A stretch of 64,000 nucleotides of DNA from the NCBI GenBank assembly GCA_965221775.1, contig CBDCSU010000004.1, positions 736,001-800,000 on the forward strand, in the 5' to 3' direction. Origin of the DNA: Candidatus Latescibacterota bacterium. GTDB taxonomy: Bacteria; Latescibacterota; UBA2968; UBA8231. Shown here piece by piece: positions 10,239 to 19,714 of the stretch. The translations under genes and the position numbers were made by a program. Below the pieces are notes generated by a model. That model saw only the letters and a list, made by a program, of their open reading frames with translations. It made no database searches and had not been told where the DNA came from. How positions within the stretch are numbered: the stretch's first letter is position 1; the number at the start of each line of letters is the position of its first letter.

Positions 10239-12770
10239 CTACAGGGCGGAGGCGCGCCTCATCAACTCGGCCCGCGCCTCGGCGAAGAGGGCGATCAGCC
10301 GCGCCCGCACCGCCTCGTCGCTGAAGACGCCGATGCGCTCGGCCCAGGCGGTGCCGCCCTCCATGTGGGTGAGCAGGTACTCGCCGTCGGCTTCCTCGAA
10401 GGCGCCCCTCCGGCCGACGTCGACGTAGACCGGCGACGAGTGGGCCATCACCGGGCCGGCGTCGGTGGCGTACGGCCCCCAGCAGCGCGCCGCGATCCAG
10501 CAGGGTTCCCCGCACTCGATCTCCGTCTGGAGCGTGACCGAGCGCTCCCCTTCCGCGGCCGTCTCCCGCTCCCGGGGGACGCCGTTGACGACGAGTTGCA
10601 CCGCCGTCAGGGGCCAGACGCTCCAGGCCCGGGCGTCCACCTCCACGGTCCCGCCGTTGCCGGGCAGGTCCAACTGCCCGCCCATGGGCACCCCGTCGAC
10701 GCGCAGGTCGATCATGGCGCCGGTGCTGGCGAAGGTCTGGCCGCTGCGCACCGCCCGGCACCAGTTGTCGAAGGTGAACTCCCGGCCCTCGGGGATTCGC
10801 GCATAGGTCCGCGAGCCCCCGAGGATGCGGCCGTTCGACATCTTGTCGGTGCCGCCGACGATGGGCAGCTTCTGGCCCACGTTCAGCCAGCGGTAGTAGC
10901 CGCGCTCGCCCTGGCCGATCTCCTCCCCTTCCCAGACCCAGCACATCTCCGCCGCGTCGGCCTGGCCGAGGACGATGTTGGCGGCGTTCTCGAAGTCGGG
11001 CACCGGCATGTGGGGCATGATCACCAGCCCGCCCTGGGCGCGGCACTCCTCGGCCCAGTCCGCCATGAGCGCCTGGATCTCGCCGCCGACCCAGTCCTCC
11101 TGCGGCCCGCCGGTGCACATGGGGGCCACCAACTCGCGCAGACCCAGGAGGCTGATGTGGCCGAGGACGTGCTGGCGGTTCTCCTGGCTCACGTAGACGA
11201 GGTGGTTCTCCGTCGACGTGGGGGCCACGCCGCCGGTGAACTCCTCCCAGCTGGTGAACAGCCGCCCCCACTGGCTGGCGAGCAGGTGCACCACGTTCAG
11301 GTCCTCCCCCTCGGCCTCCAGCACGCTCGACTGGGAGGAGAGGAAGTGGACGTGGGTGTCCCCGGAGAAGAAGCCCTCGGCCTTCATGTCGAAGGCGCGC
11401 TTCACGGGCAGGGTCAGGTGCCGCTGCCCAGGCTTGATCTCCAGTTGGCGGCGGGTGGGCTCGTACTCGAAGCCGCGCGCCACCTCGACGAAGCTGGCCC
11501 CCACGGGCAGCTCGATCTGGCAGGTGCCGTCGATGTAGGCGTAGGGGGTGCCGCCCGTCTTGCAGTCGCCCCCCATGTCCTCGAACCAGGCGATGTTGAC
11601 GTCGGCCTGGTGGCCGTGGGGAGCGAGGTAGACGCCCTCCTTGGAGCGGAAGTGGACGCGGCAGCCCACGGGATCGCCCGTGTCGGCGTCGACGACGCGG
11701 ACGTGCACCCACTGGCGGCCCTCGCCGTCCACCACCTGCACGCGCACCGGTCCGGACTCGGCCTCGCCCCGCTCCAGGACCTCGCCCCAGCGGAAGCCGG
11801 CACCGGCTTCTCCGGCCTTCACCTCCAGGTTGGCCCGCGGCGAGCCGTGGACCTCCACCTGCCCTCCCGGGCCGACCCGCTGTCCGCCGCGGCCCCAGCC
11901 GGTCTCGTCGGTGGTGAGGAAGTCGCCGCCGGGGACGAAGAGATCGTCCTGGCGCGCCACCACCCCGCGGTCGACGCCGATCTCCGGGGCCGCCTCTCCT
12001 CCCTCCACCGTCACCGCCACGGTGCGCCGCATCTCCCAGTGGAAGGGGTCGTCCTCCTCGTTGCACAGGGTGACCGCGCCGAGGACGATGGGTGTCGCCG
12101 TCGCCGCCTCGAGGACGACCTCGGCGATCTCCGCCTCCGGGCGGTCCACGGCCAGGTCGAAGAGCCACCAGCCCGTCAGGTCGCCGCCCATGGCGCCCGG
12201 GCCGCCGGCGGGACGGCCGTCGGCGCGGTCGTAGCGCGAGTACACGCCGACCTGGGCGCCGCCGTAGCCGACGGCCGGCTCGTGGAGGCTGGTGGAATCG
12301 AAGTGGCGGCAGTTGCGGCAGAGGAAGGGATGGTGTCCCCAGGGGGCGTTGATGTCGTGGATCTCCCAGCGCCGGCGCAGGGGCTGCGCCGTCTCGGAGC
12401 CGTCGGCGAAGCGGACGACGTACTGGCCGAGGCTCTCCCCCGCCCCCTCGAGGGTGGCCCACTCCCCGTCCACCGGAGCGCAGGCGTGGGCGAAGAGCAG
12501 CCGCCGCGCCGCGGCGCCCACGGGGATGACGACCCGCGACTCGGTTCCCTCCCCGGCCGCGGCGACCACGAAGCGGCGCTCCGCGTCGGTTTCCGCCAGA
12601 TGGAAGGGGACGCCGAGGAAGAGGCACTCGCCCGACGGCAGTCCGTCCAGCGGCGTCGCGTGGGGGTCGTCGCCGCGGGGCCACAGCCAGCGGCCGCCGC
12701 CGAGATCGACGTTGCGGGTTCCGGCGTTGCACAGGCCGGACAGGTCCAGGGGCTGGAAGGAGTCGTTCAT
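10239..12770 (-). CDS. CehA/McbA family metallohydrolase (PHP-like)
   Basis: GFFSGDTHVH, QENRQHVLGH, GGTDKM, AVRSGQTFASTG, WIAARC..AHSSPVYV. Confidence 0.82.
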   Translation of the reverse strand: MNDSFQPLDLSGLCNAGTRNVDLGGGRWLWPRGDDPHATPLDGLPSGECLFLGVPFHLAETDAERRFVVAAAGEGTESRVVIPVGAAARRLLFAHACAPVDGEWATLEGAGESLGQYVVRFADGSETAQPLRRRWEIHDINAPWGHHPFLCRNCRHFDSTSLHEPAVGYGGAQVGVYSRYDRADGRPAGGPGAMGGDLTGWWLFDLAVDRPEAEIAEVVLEAATATPIVLGAVTLCNEEDDPFHWEMRRTVAVTVEGGEAAPEIGVDRGVVARQDDLFVPGGDFLTTDETGWGRGGQRVGPGGQVEVHGSPRANLEVKAGEAGAGFRWGEVLERGEAESGPVRVQVVDGEGRQWVHVRVVDADTGDPVGCRVHFRSKEGVYLAPHGHQADVNIAWFEDMGGDCKTGGTPYAYIDGTCQIELPVGASFVEVARGFEYEPTRRQLEIKPGQRHLTLPVKRAFDMKAEGFFSGDTHVHFLSSQSSVLEAEGEDLNVVHLLASQWGRLFTSWEEFTGGVAPTSTENHLVYVSQENRQHVLGHISLLGLRELVAPMCTGGPQEDWVGGEIQALMADWAEECRAQGGLVIMPHMPVPDFENAANIVLGQADAAEMCWVWEGEEIGQGERGYYRWLNVGQKLPIVGGTDKMSNGRILGGSRTYARIPEGREFTFDNWCRAVRSGQTFASTGAMIDLRVDGVPMGGQLDLPGNGGTVEVDARAWSVWPLTAVQLVVNGVPRERETAAEGERSVTLQTEIECGEPCWIAARCWGPYATDAGPVMAHSSPVYVDVGRRGAFEEADGEYLLTHMEGGTAWAERIGVFSDEAVRARLIALFAEARAELMRRASAL

Positions 12771-13747
12771 CCGTGTCCTCCGCCGGCGAGCACGCCGGCA
12801 TAGTAGTCCAGGGGAAGGTTGCCGCCGCTGAGGACGCCCACGACCCGCTTCCCCGCCAGACGCGAACCCAGACGCGCCGCCGCCGCCAGGGGCGCCGCCG
12901 CCGCGCCCTCGGCCACGAGCCGGGCCTCGCGGGCATACCAGCGGATCGCCTCCTCGATCTCGCCGTCGTCCACGAGGACGAGGTCGTCGAGGAGGCGCCA
13001 GAGGATCTCCAGGGGCATCTGAAAGGGGACGCGCGTGGCCAGGCCCTCGTGGGCGGTTCTCATCTCCGCCTCCACGTCGAGGCGGCGCTGGGTCCAGGCG
13101 CGCCAGACCGCGGGGGCCGCCGAGGACTGCACGCCGATGACCTCGATGGCCGGGTTCCGGGCCTTGGCCACCAGGCAGGTCCCGGCGGCGCCGCTGCCGC
13201 CGCCCACCGGCACGAGTATCACCTCCGTCTCCGGCGCCGCCTCTAGGATCTCCACCGCCATGGTGCCGGCGCCGGCGATCAGCTCGGGCTCGTTGGCCGA
13301 GTGCACGTAGCGGCGGCCCTCCCGGCGGGCGACCTCCTCCACCTCGACCCGGGCCTCATCGAAGTCGCGGCCGTGGCGGCGCACCTCGGCCCCGAGGCGC
13401 TCCATGGCCTCCAGCTTTGCGGGGTTGGCGCCCTCGGCCGGGGCGTAGATCACCACCGAGGCGCCGAAGCGGGTGCCGGCCCAGGCCATGGCCTGACCGT
13501 GGTTGCCGGTGCTGGCGCTGATCAGGCCGCGGGACCGCTCCTCTTCGGACAGGTGCCCCACCACGTTGAGGGCGCCGCGCACCTTGAAGGCACCCACGGG
13601 CTGGAAGCTCTCGCACTTGACCCGGTAGTCGCAGCCGAGCCGCTGCGACAACGCCTCGCTGCGCACCAGGGGCGTGGGCTCCAGGTGATCGGCGATGAAG
13701 GCCCGGGCCGCGTCGACATCGGCCGCCGTGGGAGGAGGCCGGGTCAC
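12767..13747 (-). CDS. PLP-dependent threonine/serine dehydratase family enzyme (no ACT domain)
   Basis: KCESFQPVGAFKVRGA, SASTGNHGQA, PVGGGSG, LSGGN; GTG start overlaps upstream stop. Confidence 0.88.
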   Translation of the reverse strand: MTRPPPTAADVDAARAFIADHLEPTPLVRSEALSQRLGCDYRVKCESFQPVGAFKVRGALNVVGHLSEEERSRGLISASTGNHGQAMAWAGTRFGASVVIYAPAEGANPAKLEAMERLGAEVRRHGRDFDEARVEVEEVARREGRRYVHSANEPELIAGAGTMAVEILEAAPETEVILVPVGGGSGAAGTCLVAKARNPAIEVIGVQSSAAPAVWRAWTQRRLDVEAEMRTAHEGLATRVPFQMPLEILWRLLDDLVLVDDGEIEEAIRWYAREARLVAEGAAAAPLAAAARLGSRLAGKRVVGVLSGGNLPLDYYAGVLAGGGHG

Positions 13748-14523
13748 GGCCGGTGCTCGCGCACGGCGGCCAGCGCTTCGCCCAGGTGGCGCCGGTAGAG
13801 GTCGAGGTCGAGGCCGACGGCGAGGATGCGGTAGCCCTTGTCGAGCAGCTCGCGCGCCTCCTCGGCGGTGGCGGCGAGGCGGCCCAGGGCCTTGCCCTCG
13901 GCCTCGCAGGCGCGGCGCACTTCGTCCTCGGCGGCGAGGTAGTCGGGGTGGTCGAAGAGACCCGGACGGCCGCTGAAGTTGGCCAGGTCGAACTGGCCGA
14001 TCCAGAGGACGTCGATCCCCTTGACGGCGGCGATCTCCGGGGCGTTGCGGACCCCCCAGGGGCTCTCGATCTGGGCGATCACCAGGGTGCGCTCGTTGGC
14101 CTGCCGCATCTTCTCCTCCAGCGGCTCGCCGGTGCGGTAGTCGTCGTGGGCGACGCCGAAGGCGGCTCCGCGGCGCCCGGTCAGGGGATAGCGGCAGAAC
14201 CCGGCCAGGCTCCGGGCCTGGTCGGCGTCGTCGACCATGGGCGCCATGACGCCGAGGGCGCCGGCGTCGAGGACCCGCGCCGCGAAGTGGTACTCCGCCG
14301 TGGGGATGCGCACGAAGGGCACCGCGCCGGTGCAGCCGCAGGTGGCCACGAGGCCGCGGATCGTCTCCATCGACCAGGCGGTGTGCTCCATGTCGAAGAG
14401 CACGAACTCGGCGCCGGCGTTGTCGGCGAGACGGGCCACGCCGGTGGTGCCGAACTCCATCACCATGGTGCCCAGGGACCGGCCGCCCTCCTGCAGGCGG
14501 CGCCTCACGGGGTTCTCTCTCAT
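13744..14523 (-). CDS. HpcH/HpaI class II aldolase
   Basis: FDMEHT, RVLDAGALGVMAPMV, YPLTGRRG, IAQIES, WIGQFDL. Confidence 0.9.
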   Translation of the reverse strand: MRENPVRRRLQEGGRSLGTMVMEFGTTGVARLADNAGAEFVLFDMEHTAWSMETIRGLVATCGCTGAVPFVRIPTAEYHFAARVLDAGALGVMAPMVDDADQARSLAGFCRYPLTGRRGAAFGVAHDDYRTGEPLEEKMRQANERTLVIAQIESPWGVRNAPEIAAVKGIDVLWIGQFDLANFSGRPGLFDHPDYLAAEDEVRRACEAEGKALGRLAATAEEARELLDKGYRILAVGLDLDLYRRHLGEALAAVREHRP

Positions 14524-15566
14524 TCGCCCCTCCTGCGGCGGGCGCAGGCATCCAACTTCGCCTGGAAGCACTCCGTCTCCAGCACCTCGGCGTTGACCAC
14601 GTGATCCGGCGCCCGGCCCTCGGAGACGGCGAGGATGCCGGCGAAGGCGCTCTCCCCCATGAGGCGGAAGCTCTCGTCGGTCCAGGCCAGGGAGTGGGGC
14701 GCCACGATGACGTTGTCCTGCTCTAGGAGCGGGTTTCGCGGATCGACGGGCTCCTCCTCGAAGACGTCGAGGGCGGCGCCGGCGACGGCGCCCTCCCGCA
14801 GCGCCGCGGTGAGGGCCGCCTGATCGACGATGGGCCCGCGGGCGACGTTGATCAAATGGGCCGTGGGCTTCATCCGCTCCAGCTCCGCGGGGCCGATGAG
14901 GTGGCGGGTCTCCGCGGTCAGGGCGCAGCAGACGAGGACGAAGTCGGCCTCGTCGAGCAGCTCCGGCAACGGCGCCAGCCGCACCCCCAGCCCGGCGGCG
15001 GCCTCGGCGTCGGCGAAGGGATCGGCGGCGACCAGGGTCATCCCGAAAGGCGCGCACAGACGCGCGATCTCGCCGCCGATGTTGCCCAGCCCCACCAGCC
15101 CCAAAGTTCGCCCCCGCAGGCCGAGGCCCATGTAGTCGGCCTTCTCCGCCCAGCGCCCCTCCCGCGTGAGCCGGTCCTTCAGGGGCAGGCGGTGGGCCAG
15201 GGCCAGGAGGAAGGCCATGGCGGCGCTGGCCACGGGGCGGCGCACGCCGTCGGGGGTGATGGTCACCGCCACCCCGGCGCGGGTGCAGGCCTCCAGGTCC
15301 ACCGAGTCGTAGCCGACGCCGATGCGGGCCACCACCGCCAGGCGCCCGGCCCCCTCCAGGGTGGCGGCCGAGATCCGCGGACTCAGCACCAGCAGGGCGT
15401 CGCAGCCGGCGGCGGCCTCGGCCGGCACCTCCTCCGCCCCCGCGCCCAGGTTGTGCCACTCCACGCCCCTGGCGCGGTCGAGGACGGAGAGGTCGATGTC
15501 GGGAAAGGCCTGCCCGCCTTCGGGGCGCAGGAAGTCGACGGTGAGGCCGACGCGGAACATCCTCAT
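14520..15566 (-). CDS. D-isomer-specific 2-hydroxyacid dehydrogenase
   Basis: RIGVGYD, GLVGLGNIG, INVARGPIVD, LDVFEEEP, APH. Confidence 0.92.
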   Translation of the reverse strand: MRMFRVGLTVDFLRPEGGQAFPDIDLSVLDRARGVEWHNLGAGAEEVPAEAAAGCDALLVLSPRISAATLEGAGRLAVVARIGVGYDSVDLEACTRAGVAVTITPDGVRRPVASAAMAFLLALAHRLPLKDRLTREGRWAEKADYMGLGLRGRTLGLVGLGNIGGEIARLCAPFGMTLVAADPFADAEAAAGLGVRLAPLPELLDEADFVLVCCALTAETRHLIGPAELERMKPTAHLINVARGPIVDQAALTAALREGAVAGAALDVFEEEPVDPRNPLLEQDNVIVAPHSLAWTDESFRLMGESAFAGILAVSEGRAPDHVVNAEVLETECFQAKLDACARRRRGE

Positions 15567-16303
15567 CCTCCCCCGGAGCGGATCCGGGCCTCGGCCTCGC
15601 TCAGAGCCGCGGCGTTGTCCCAGGCGGCGATGCGCTCTGCGCGGGCCTGCTCGGTCTCTCCGCTCAGCCGCCCGGCCGCGGCGATGAGGGCGGGCAGGGC
15701 GCGGACCACGTTGTCGACGATCGTCACCGTGGCGGCTCGGGCCGTGCGCGACAGCGGGTTCAGGTCGACGGTCAGGACCTGCCGTCCCATGCGCCGGAGC
15801 GCCTCGCAGCGGTCGCCGTCCTCCAAGGGGACGAAGATCGCGTCCGCCTTCAGGATGCCCTCCGGATGGACGAGCCGGCGGTTCGAGGCGAGGCCCTCCA
15901 GGACGGTCCCGTCGACGGGCCGCAGCACCCGCTCGGCGCCGTGGGCCTGCAGGTGGGCGGCGACGGCTGCCTCGCGCTCGCGGGAGCCGTGGAAGATGTT
16001 GACCTCCAGGGGGGCGCCGGTCTGCCGCGAGAGCCGCACCAGCTCGCCGGGGACCAGGGCGGCGGCGTTGCCGTTCACCGAGAGCACCGGATGCTCCGCC
16101 GCCAGCAGCCAGGCCGCCGCCGCCTCGCAGGCGCGCAGGGCCCAGGGGCCGCTCTCCTCCCCCAGCAGATAGTCGTAGGCCTCCCCCCGGCCGTGGGCGA
16201 TCAGCCCGTGGGGCGAGGTGATGCCCGCCTCCACGCCGGCCACGATCCGGTCCCGCGTCAGCAGGGAGGCGCGCCTCGGGTGGTCCTCGGGGACGTCGGT
16301 CAC
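15563..16303 (-). CDS. Archaeal-type 4-phosphopantoate--beta-alanine ligase (phosphopantothenate synthetase, PPS)
   Basis: PEDHPR..SL..R, GLIAHGRGEAYDYLLGE, SVNGN.AAL, EVNIF, VPLEDGDRCEAL, DLNPLSRTA, DNVVRA: hallmark PPS (COG1701) motifs. Confidence 0.93.
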   Translation of the reverse strand: MTDVPEDHPRRASLLTRDRIVAGVEAGITSPHGLIAHGRGEAYDYLLGEESGPWALRACEAAAAWLLAAEHPVLSVNGNAAALVPGELVRLSRQTGAPLEVNIFHGSREREAAVAAHLQAHGAERVLRPVDGTVLEGLASNRRLVHPEGILKADAIFVPLEDGDRCEALRRMGRQVLTVDLNPLSRTARAATVTIVDNVVRALPALIAAAGRLSGETEQARAERIAAWDNAAALSEAEARIRSGGG

Positions 16304-17148
16304 GGGTCGATCAGGCCGACGCGGCGCGTCGACAGGGCGGTCTCGGTGGAGCCCGGGAAGGGCGTGTCGCTGAAGACGGCGTTTCCGAGCATGATCATCG
16401 AGGCCTCGCCGCCCCCGCCGGTCACCTCTTCGACGGCGGCGAGCACCCCCTCGTGGGCCATGAGGCCGCTGCCGGCGGCGAAGGCGCGGGACTCGCGGAT
16501 GACGCTGCCCAGGTCCAGCGAAGTCGCATCGCGGAGACGGGCGAGGGCTGCCAAGGCTTCGTCGGCGGCAGCGTTGATCCGCCGGCGCCGCTCCGGGTCG
16601 GAGAGGATGTCCCGCGTGCGGATGGGGCCGAAGTAGCGGTAGTGGATCGGCGCCCCCGCCGCCAGGGGCATGCGCTGCGCCGCGAGAGGGTCGCCGGCGA
16701 CGAGCTTCACCAGGCAGCCGCCGTGGTACTGGGCGCAGACATCGCCGAGGCCGGTGAGGTTCTCCACCTCGGCCACGTGGGCGGCGGTGGCCAGGGCGCG
16801 CTCCGACAGGCGGAGGTCTAACAGGGCGTTGGCGGCGTAGGCCGCCGCCAGGGACGAGGCGCCGCTGAGGCCGAAGCCGCTGCTCAGGGGCAGGGGCGTC
16901 TCGATCTCGACGGCCAGCCGCTGGCCCGGCGCCACCCGCTCCAGCACCGCCGCCACCGTGGGGAACTCGATCCCCTCGCCGTTGAAGGTGACGCTGGCGG
17001 CCCCGGCGCGGCGGACGGAGGCGGTGGCCCCCTCGCGCACGGTGAAGCCGAGGCCGAGGGAGTGCATCCGCGCCGGGTCGTCGTGGGGGATCACCTTGAA
17101 GACGCCGGAGATGTTCCCCGGCGCGAAGGCGGACGCCGCCTCAGGCAT
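16300..17148 (-). CDS. Archaeal-type pantoate kinase (GHMP kinase, PoK)
   Basis: AFAPGNISGVF, SLGLGF, PLSSGFGLSGA GHMP loop, AHVAEVENLTGLGDV.AQ..GG, SMIMLGNAVF; adjacent to PPS. Confidence 0.88.
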   Translation of the reverse strand: MPEAASAFAPGNISGVFKVIPHDDPARMHSLGLGFTVREGATASVRRAGAASVTFNGEGIEFPTVAAVLERVAPGQRLAVEIETPLPLSSGFGLSGASSLAAAYAANALLDLRLSERALATAAHVAEVENLTGLGDVCAQYHGGCLVKLVAGDPLAAQRMPLAAGAPIHYRYFGPIRTRDILSDPERRRRINAAADEALAALARLRDATSLDLGSVIRESRAFAAGSGLMAHEGVLAAVEEVTGGGGEASMIMLGNAVFSDTPFPGSTETALSTRRVGLIDP

Positions 17149-17839
17149 GGACGGCCTCCGGCATCAGCCGCTGTTGGCGCAGCCAGCCCGGCAGTTGCGC
17201 GACGCCGTCGAGCAGGGCGAGAGGCGCGTAGGGGGCGAAGGCCGGCGACTGCGTGGTGCCGCTGAGGACGGCGGTGAAGCGGATCCCGCCGCGGCGCGCC
17301 GCCTCGGCGTCGGGGAGACTGTCCCCCACGTAGAGGGAGTCGCCGGCATCTACCCCGAGACGCTCCAGGGCCAGGTGCAGGCAGCCGGGATCCGGCTTGT
17401 GCTCGGTGACGTCCTCCGCCCCGACGACGGCCCCCACGAGGTGGCGCAGCCCCTCGCGGTCGAGGATGCCCTCGATGCGGTAGCGGTACTTGGTGGAGGC
17501 AATGCCGCAGACCACGCCCCGGGCGCGGAGATCCGCCAGCACCCCGGGGACAGCGTCGTAGACCACGGTGCCCGCCGCCATCACCCGGTCGGCGCGCTCG
17601 AGGAAGAGCCTCCCGAACTCCTCGCTGCGCGGACGCTCGGCCTCGCCGTTGAGGGTGGCCACGATGTCGGGCACGGAGAGGCCGATGGTGCGCCGGATCT
17701 CCTCCTCCCCGGACAACTCGAGCCCCATGCGCCGCTGGGCATGGCGCACGCAGTCGATGACGCCCACGGCGGAATCCGCCAGGGTATAGTCGAAGTCGAA
17801 GAGAACCGCCTTGAGCGGCGTCGGACCCATGGCGGTCAC
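17141..17839 (-). CDS. HAD-superfamily phosphatase (phosphoglycolate phosphatase-like)
   Basis: LFDFDYTLADS (DxD), GIASTK, HKPDP, YVGDSLPDAEAA; start GTG 17839 or ATG 17830. Confidence 0.88.
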   Translation of the reverse strand: MTAMGPTPLKAVLFDFDYTLADSAVGVIDCVRHAQRRMGLELSGEEEIRRTIGLSVPDIVATLNGEAERPRSEEFGRLFLERADRVMAAGTVVYDAVPGVLADLRARGVVCGIASTKYRYRIEGILDREGLRHLVGAVVGAEDVTEHKPDPGCLHLALERLGVDAGDSLYVGDSLPDAEAARRGGIRFTAVLSGTTQSPAFAPYAPLALLDGVAQLPGWLRQQRLMPEAVHA

Positions 17840-18621
17840 GCCGGCGCGCCGGCGTTGATGCCCAGCCCTCGGCGGTAGGCCTCCAGGGAGAGCAGGTCTT
17901 CGGGCGCCACGTTGCCGATGTTGACCCGGGGGCCGAAGCGGTCGATCAGATCGCGGCGCATGGCGTGCACATGGTGCTCCTCCACCCCCGGGATCCAGGG
18001 TCCCGGAAGCTCGAACATCACCTTCTCCAGGCCCACGGCGGCGACGATCCCGTCGATGTCGGCCGCGGTCTCCGCGCCGCCGTGGATCAACTCCACCGCC
18101 TCCACCAGAAGCAGGCTGGCCCCCGCCTCCATGCACGCCTTCGCGTCGTCGGTCAGCGGAACCGCGTTGGCCAGACCCTCCTTCTTCCCCACCTCACCGA
18201 GGACCCTCAGCCCGAACTCCTCCACCGCCCGGGCGATGATCCGTTCCTTCCAGCTCAGGCTCACCGGGGCGATGTTGTCGGAGACCTCCACCCAGCGGTA
18301 GCCCGCTTCGACGCAGGCCGGCAGGTAGCGGTCGAGATAGCCGTGGACCTCGGCGTACTCCAGGAACTGCCCCCCCGGGAAGGGCTCCACGTCCCACGAC
18401 AGGTAGCGGTCGATCTTCTCCGTCAGCAGCTCCGGCGGGTGCAGCCGCGACAGGCCCACGGCGATCTTGGCGAAGTCGAAGTGGTCGGCCCCCATGTCGG
18501 TGAGATCCCGCTGCCGGCGGGGGCCGATCCCCCAGTCGATGACCATGGTCAGCCCCGAGGCGCGGGGCTTGGCGGTGCGCTCGCCGGCCAGATGTCCGTC
18601 GAGACCTTGGAACGGATGCAA
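17836..18621 (-). CDS. comA: Phosphosulfolactate synthase (ComA) family protein
   Basis: KPRASGLTMVIDWG, DFAKIAVG, PGG..LE, EVSD, EVGKK, VMFELP, NIGNV, LEAYRRGL; TTG start. Confidence 0.85.
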   Translation of the reverse strand: MHPFQGLDGHLAGERTAKPRASGLTMVIDWGIGPRRQRDLTDMGADHFDFAKIAVGLSRLHPPELLTEKIDRYLSWDVEPFPGGQFLEYAEVHGYLDRYLPACVEAGYRWVEVSDNIAPVSLSWKERIIARAVEEFGLRVLGEVGKKEGLANAVPLTDDAKACMEAGASLLLVEAVELIHGGAETAADIDGIVAAVGLEKVMFELPGPWIPGVEEHHVHAMRRDLIDRFGPRVNIGNVAPEDLLSLEAYRRGLGINAGAPA

Positions 18622-18773
18622 TGCGGGTCCTTCGTGGTGGTGTTCGGAAGCGGGCTAACCTACGAAAGGGCCCTTACCTCGTCACGGCACTTGCCGGGCC
18701 GCAGACAGGACGGCGATGTTACAGGCCGTCCCGGCGACGAACCCTCTGCGCGCTGTTCCCCGAGGAGCCGACC

Positions 18774-19682
18774 ATGACCACCACAGCCGACGTGCAAACC
18801 CTTCCCCAGCGCCTCCTCGGCAAGACCGGCGAGCGCGTCCCCGTCCTCGGCCTGGGCACCGCCTGCGGAGGACTGGGCATGCCCGACGCCGAGGCGATCG
18901 AGCTCTACGAGGCGGCCATCGACCGCGGCGTAACCTACCTCGACACCGCCCCCGGGTACGAGCGCGCCCAGCGGCAACTCGGCCACGTGGTGCCCCGCCG
19001 CCGCGACGAGATCTTCCTGGTCACCAAGTCCCCCACCGCCGACGGCGCCGAAGCCGAACGCCTGCTGGAACAGAACCTGCGCGACCTCGGCACCGACGCC
19101 GTCGACCTGTGCTACGTCCACTCCCTCGGCAACTACGATCCCGACCAGGTCCTCGCCCCCGACGGCTCCCTCGCCGGCCTGCGCGAAGCCCAGAGGCGGG
19201 GACTGACGCGCTACGTCGGCTTCACCGCCCACCACAGGACCGGCAGCTCCGAGCGCGTCCTCCGGGAGGCGGAAGTCGACGTCATCATGGTCTCCCTCAA
19301 CTTCGCCGACCACCACACCTACGGCTTCGACCGCACCGTGCTGCCCTTGGCCGCCGAGCGCGACGTCGGCGTGGCGGCCATGAAGGTCTACGGTGGCGCC
19401 GAGGCGATGGAGTACCACACGAAGGAGGGAGAGGACCAGCGCCCCTCCGCCCTTCAGGCCAGCGAGCCCGCCTTCGACCACGAACGCGCCCTGCGCTGGG
19501 CCCTCGGCCTGGCGGGAGTGAACGTCGCCGTCATCGGCATGTACTCGGAGGAGGAGCTGGACCGCAACATCGAGTGGGTGCGCCGCTGGCAGCCGCTGAC
19601 GGCGGAGGAGGAGACGCAGCTGCTGGAGGAGGGCCGTCGCATCGCCCGCTCCTGGGGCGACCACTACGGGGATACCACATGA
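18774..19682 (+). CDS. Aldo/keto reductase
   Basis: LGKTGERVPVLGLG, GVTYLDTAPGY, IFLVTK, DLCYVH, AAMKVYGG; GAGGAG RBS. Confidence 0.92.
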   Translation: MTTTADVQTLPQRLLGKTGERVPVLGLGTACGGLGMPDAEAIELYEAAIDRGVTYLDTAPGYERAQRQLGHVVPRRRDEIFLVTKSPTADGAEAERLLEQNLRDLGTDAVDLCYVHSLGNYDPDQVLAPDGSLAGLREAQRRGLTRYVGFTAHHRTGSSERVLREAEVDVIMVSLNFADHHTYGFDRTVLPLAAERDVGVAAMKVYGGAEAMEYHTKEGEDQRPSALQASEPAFDHERALRWALGLAGVNVAVIGMYSEEELDRNIEWVRRWQPLTAEEETQLLEEGRRIARSWGDHYGDTT

Positions 19683-19714
19683 CAAAGCCCATCGGGACAT
19701 ACACAGTCCGCATG

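Noticed and set aside
17836-18621. Coenzyme M biosynthesis cluster
   Set aside because: No comB, comDE or bacterial xcb partners in the window.
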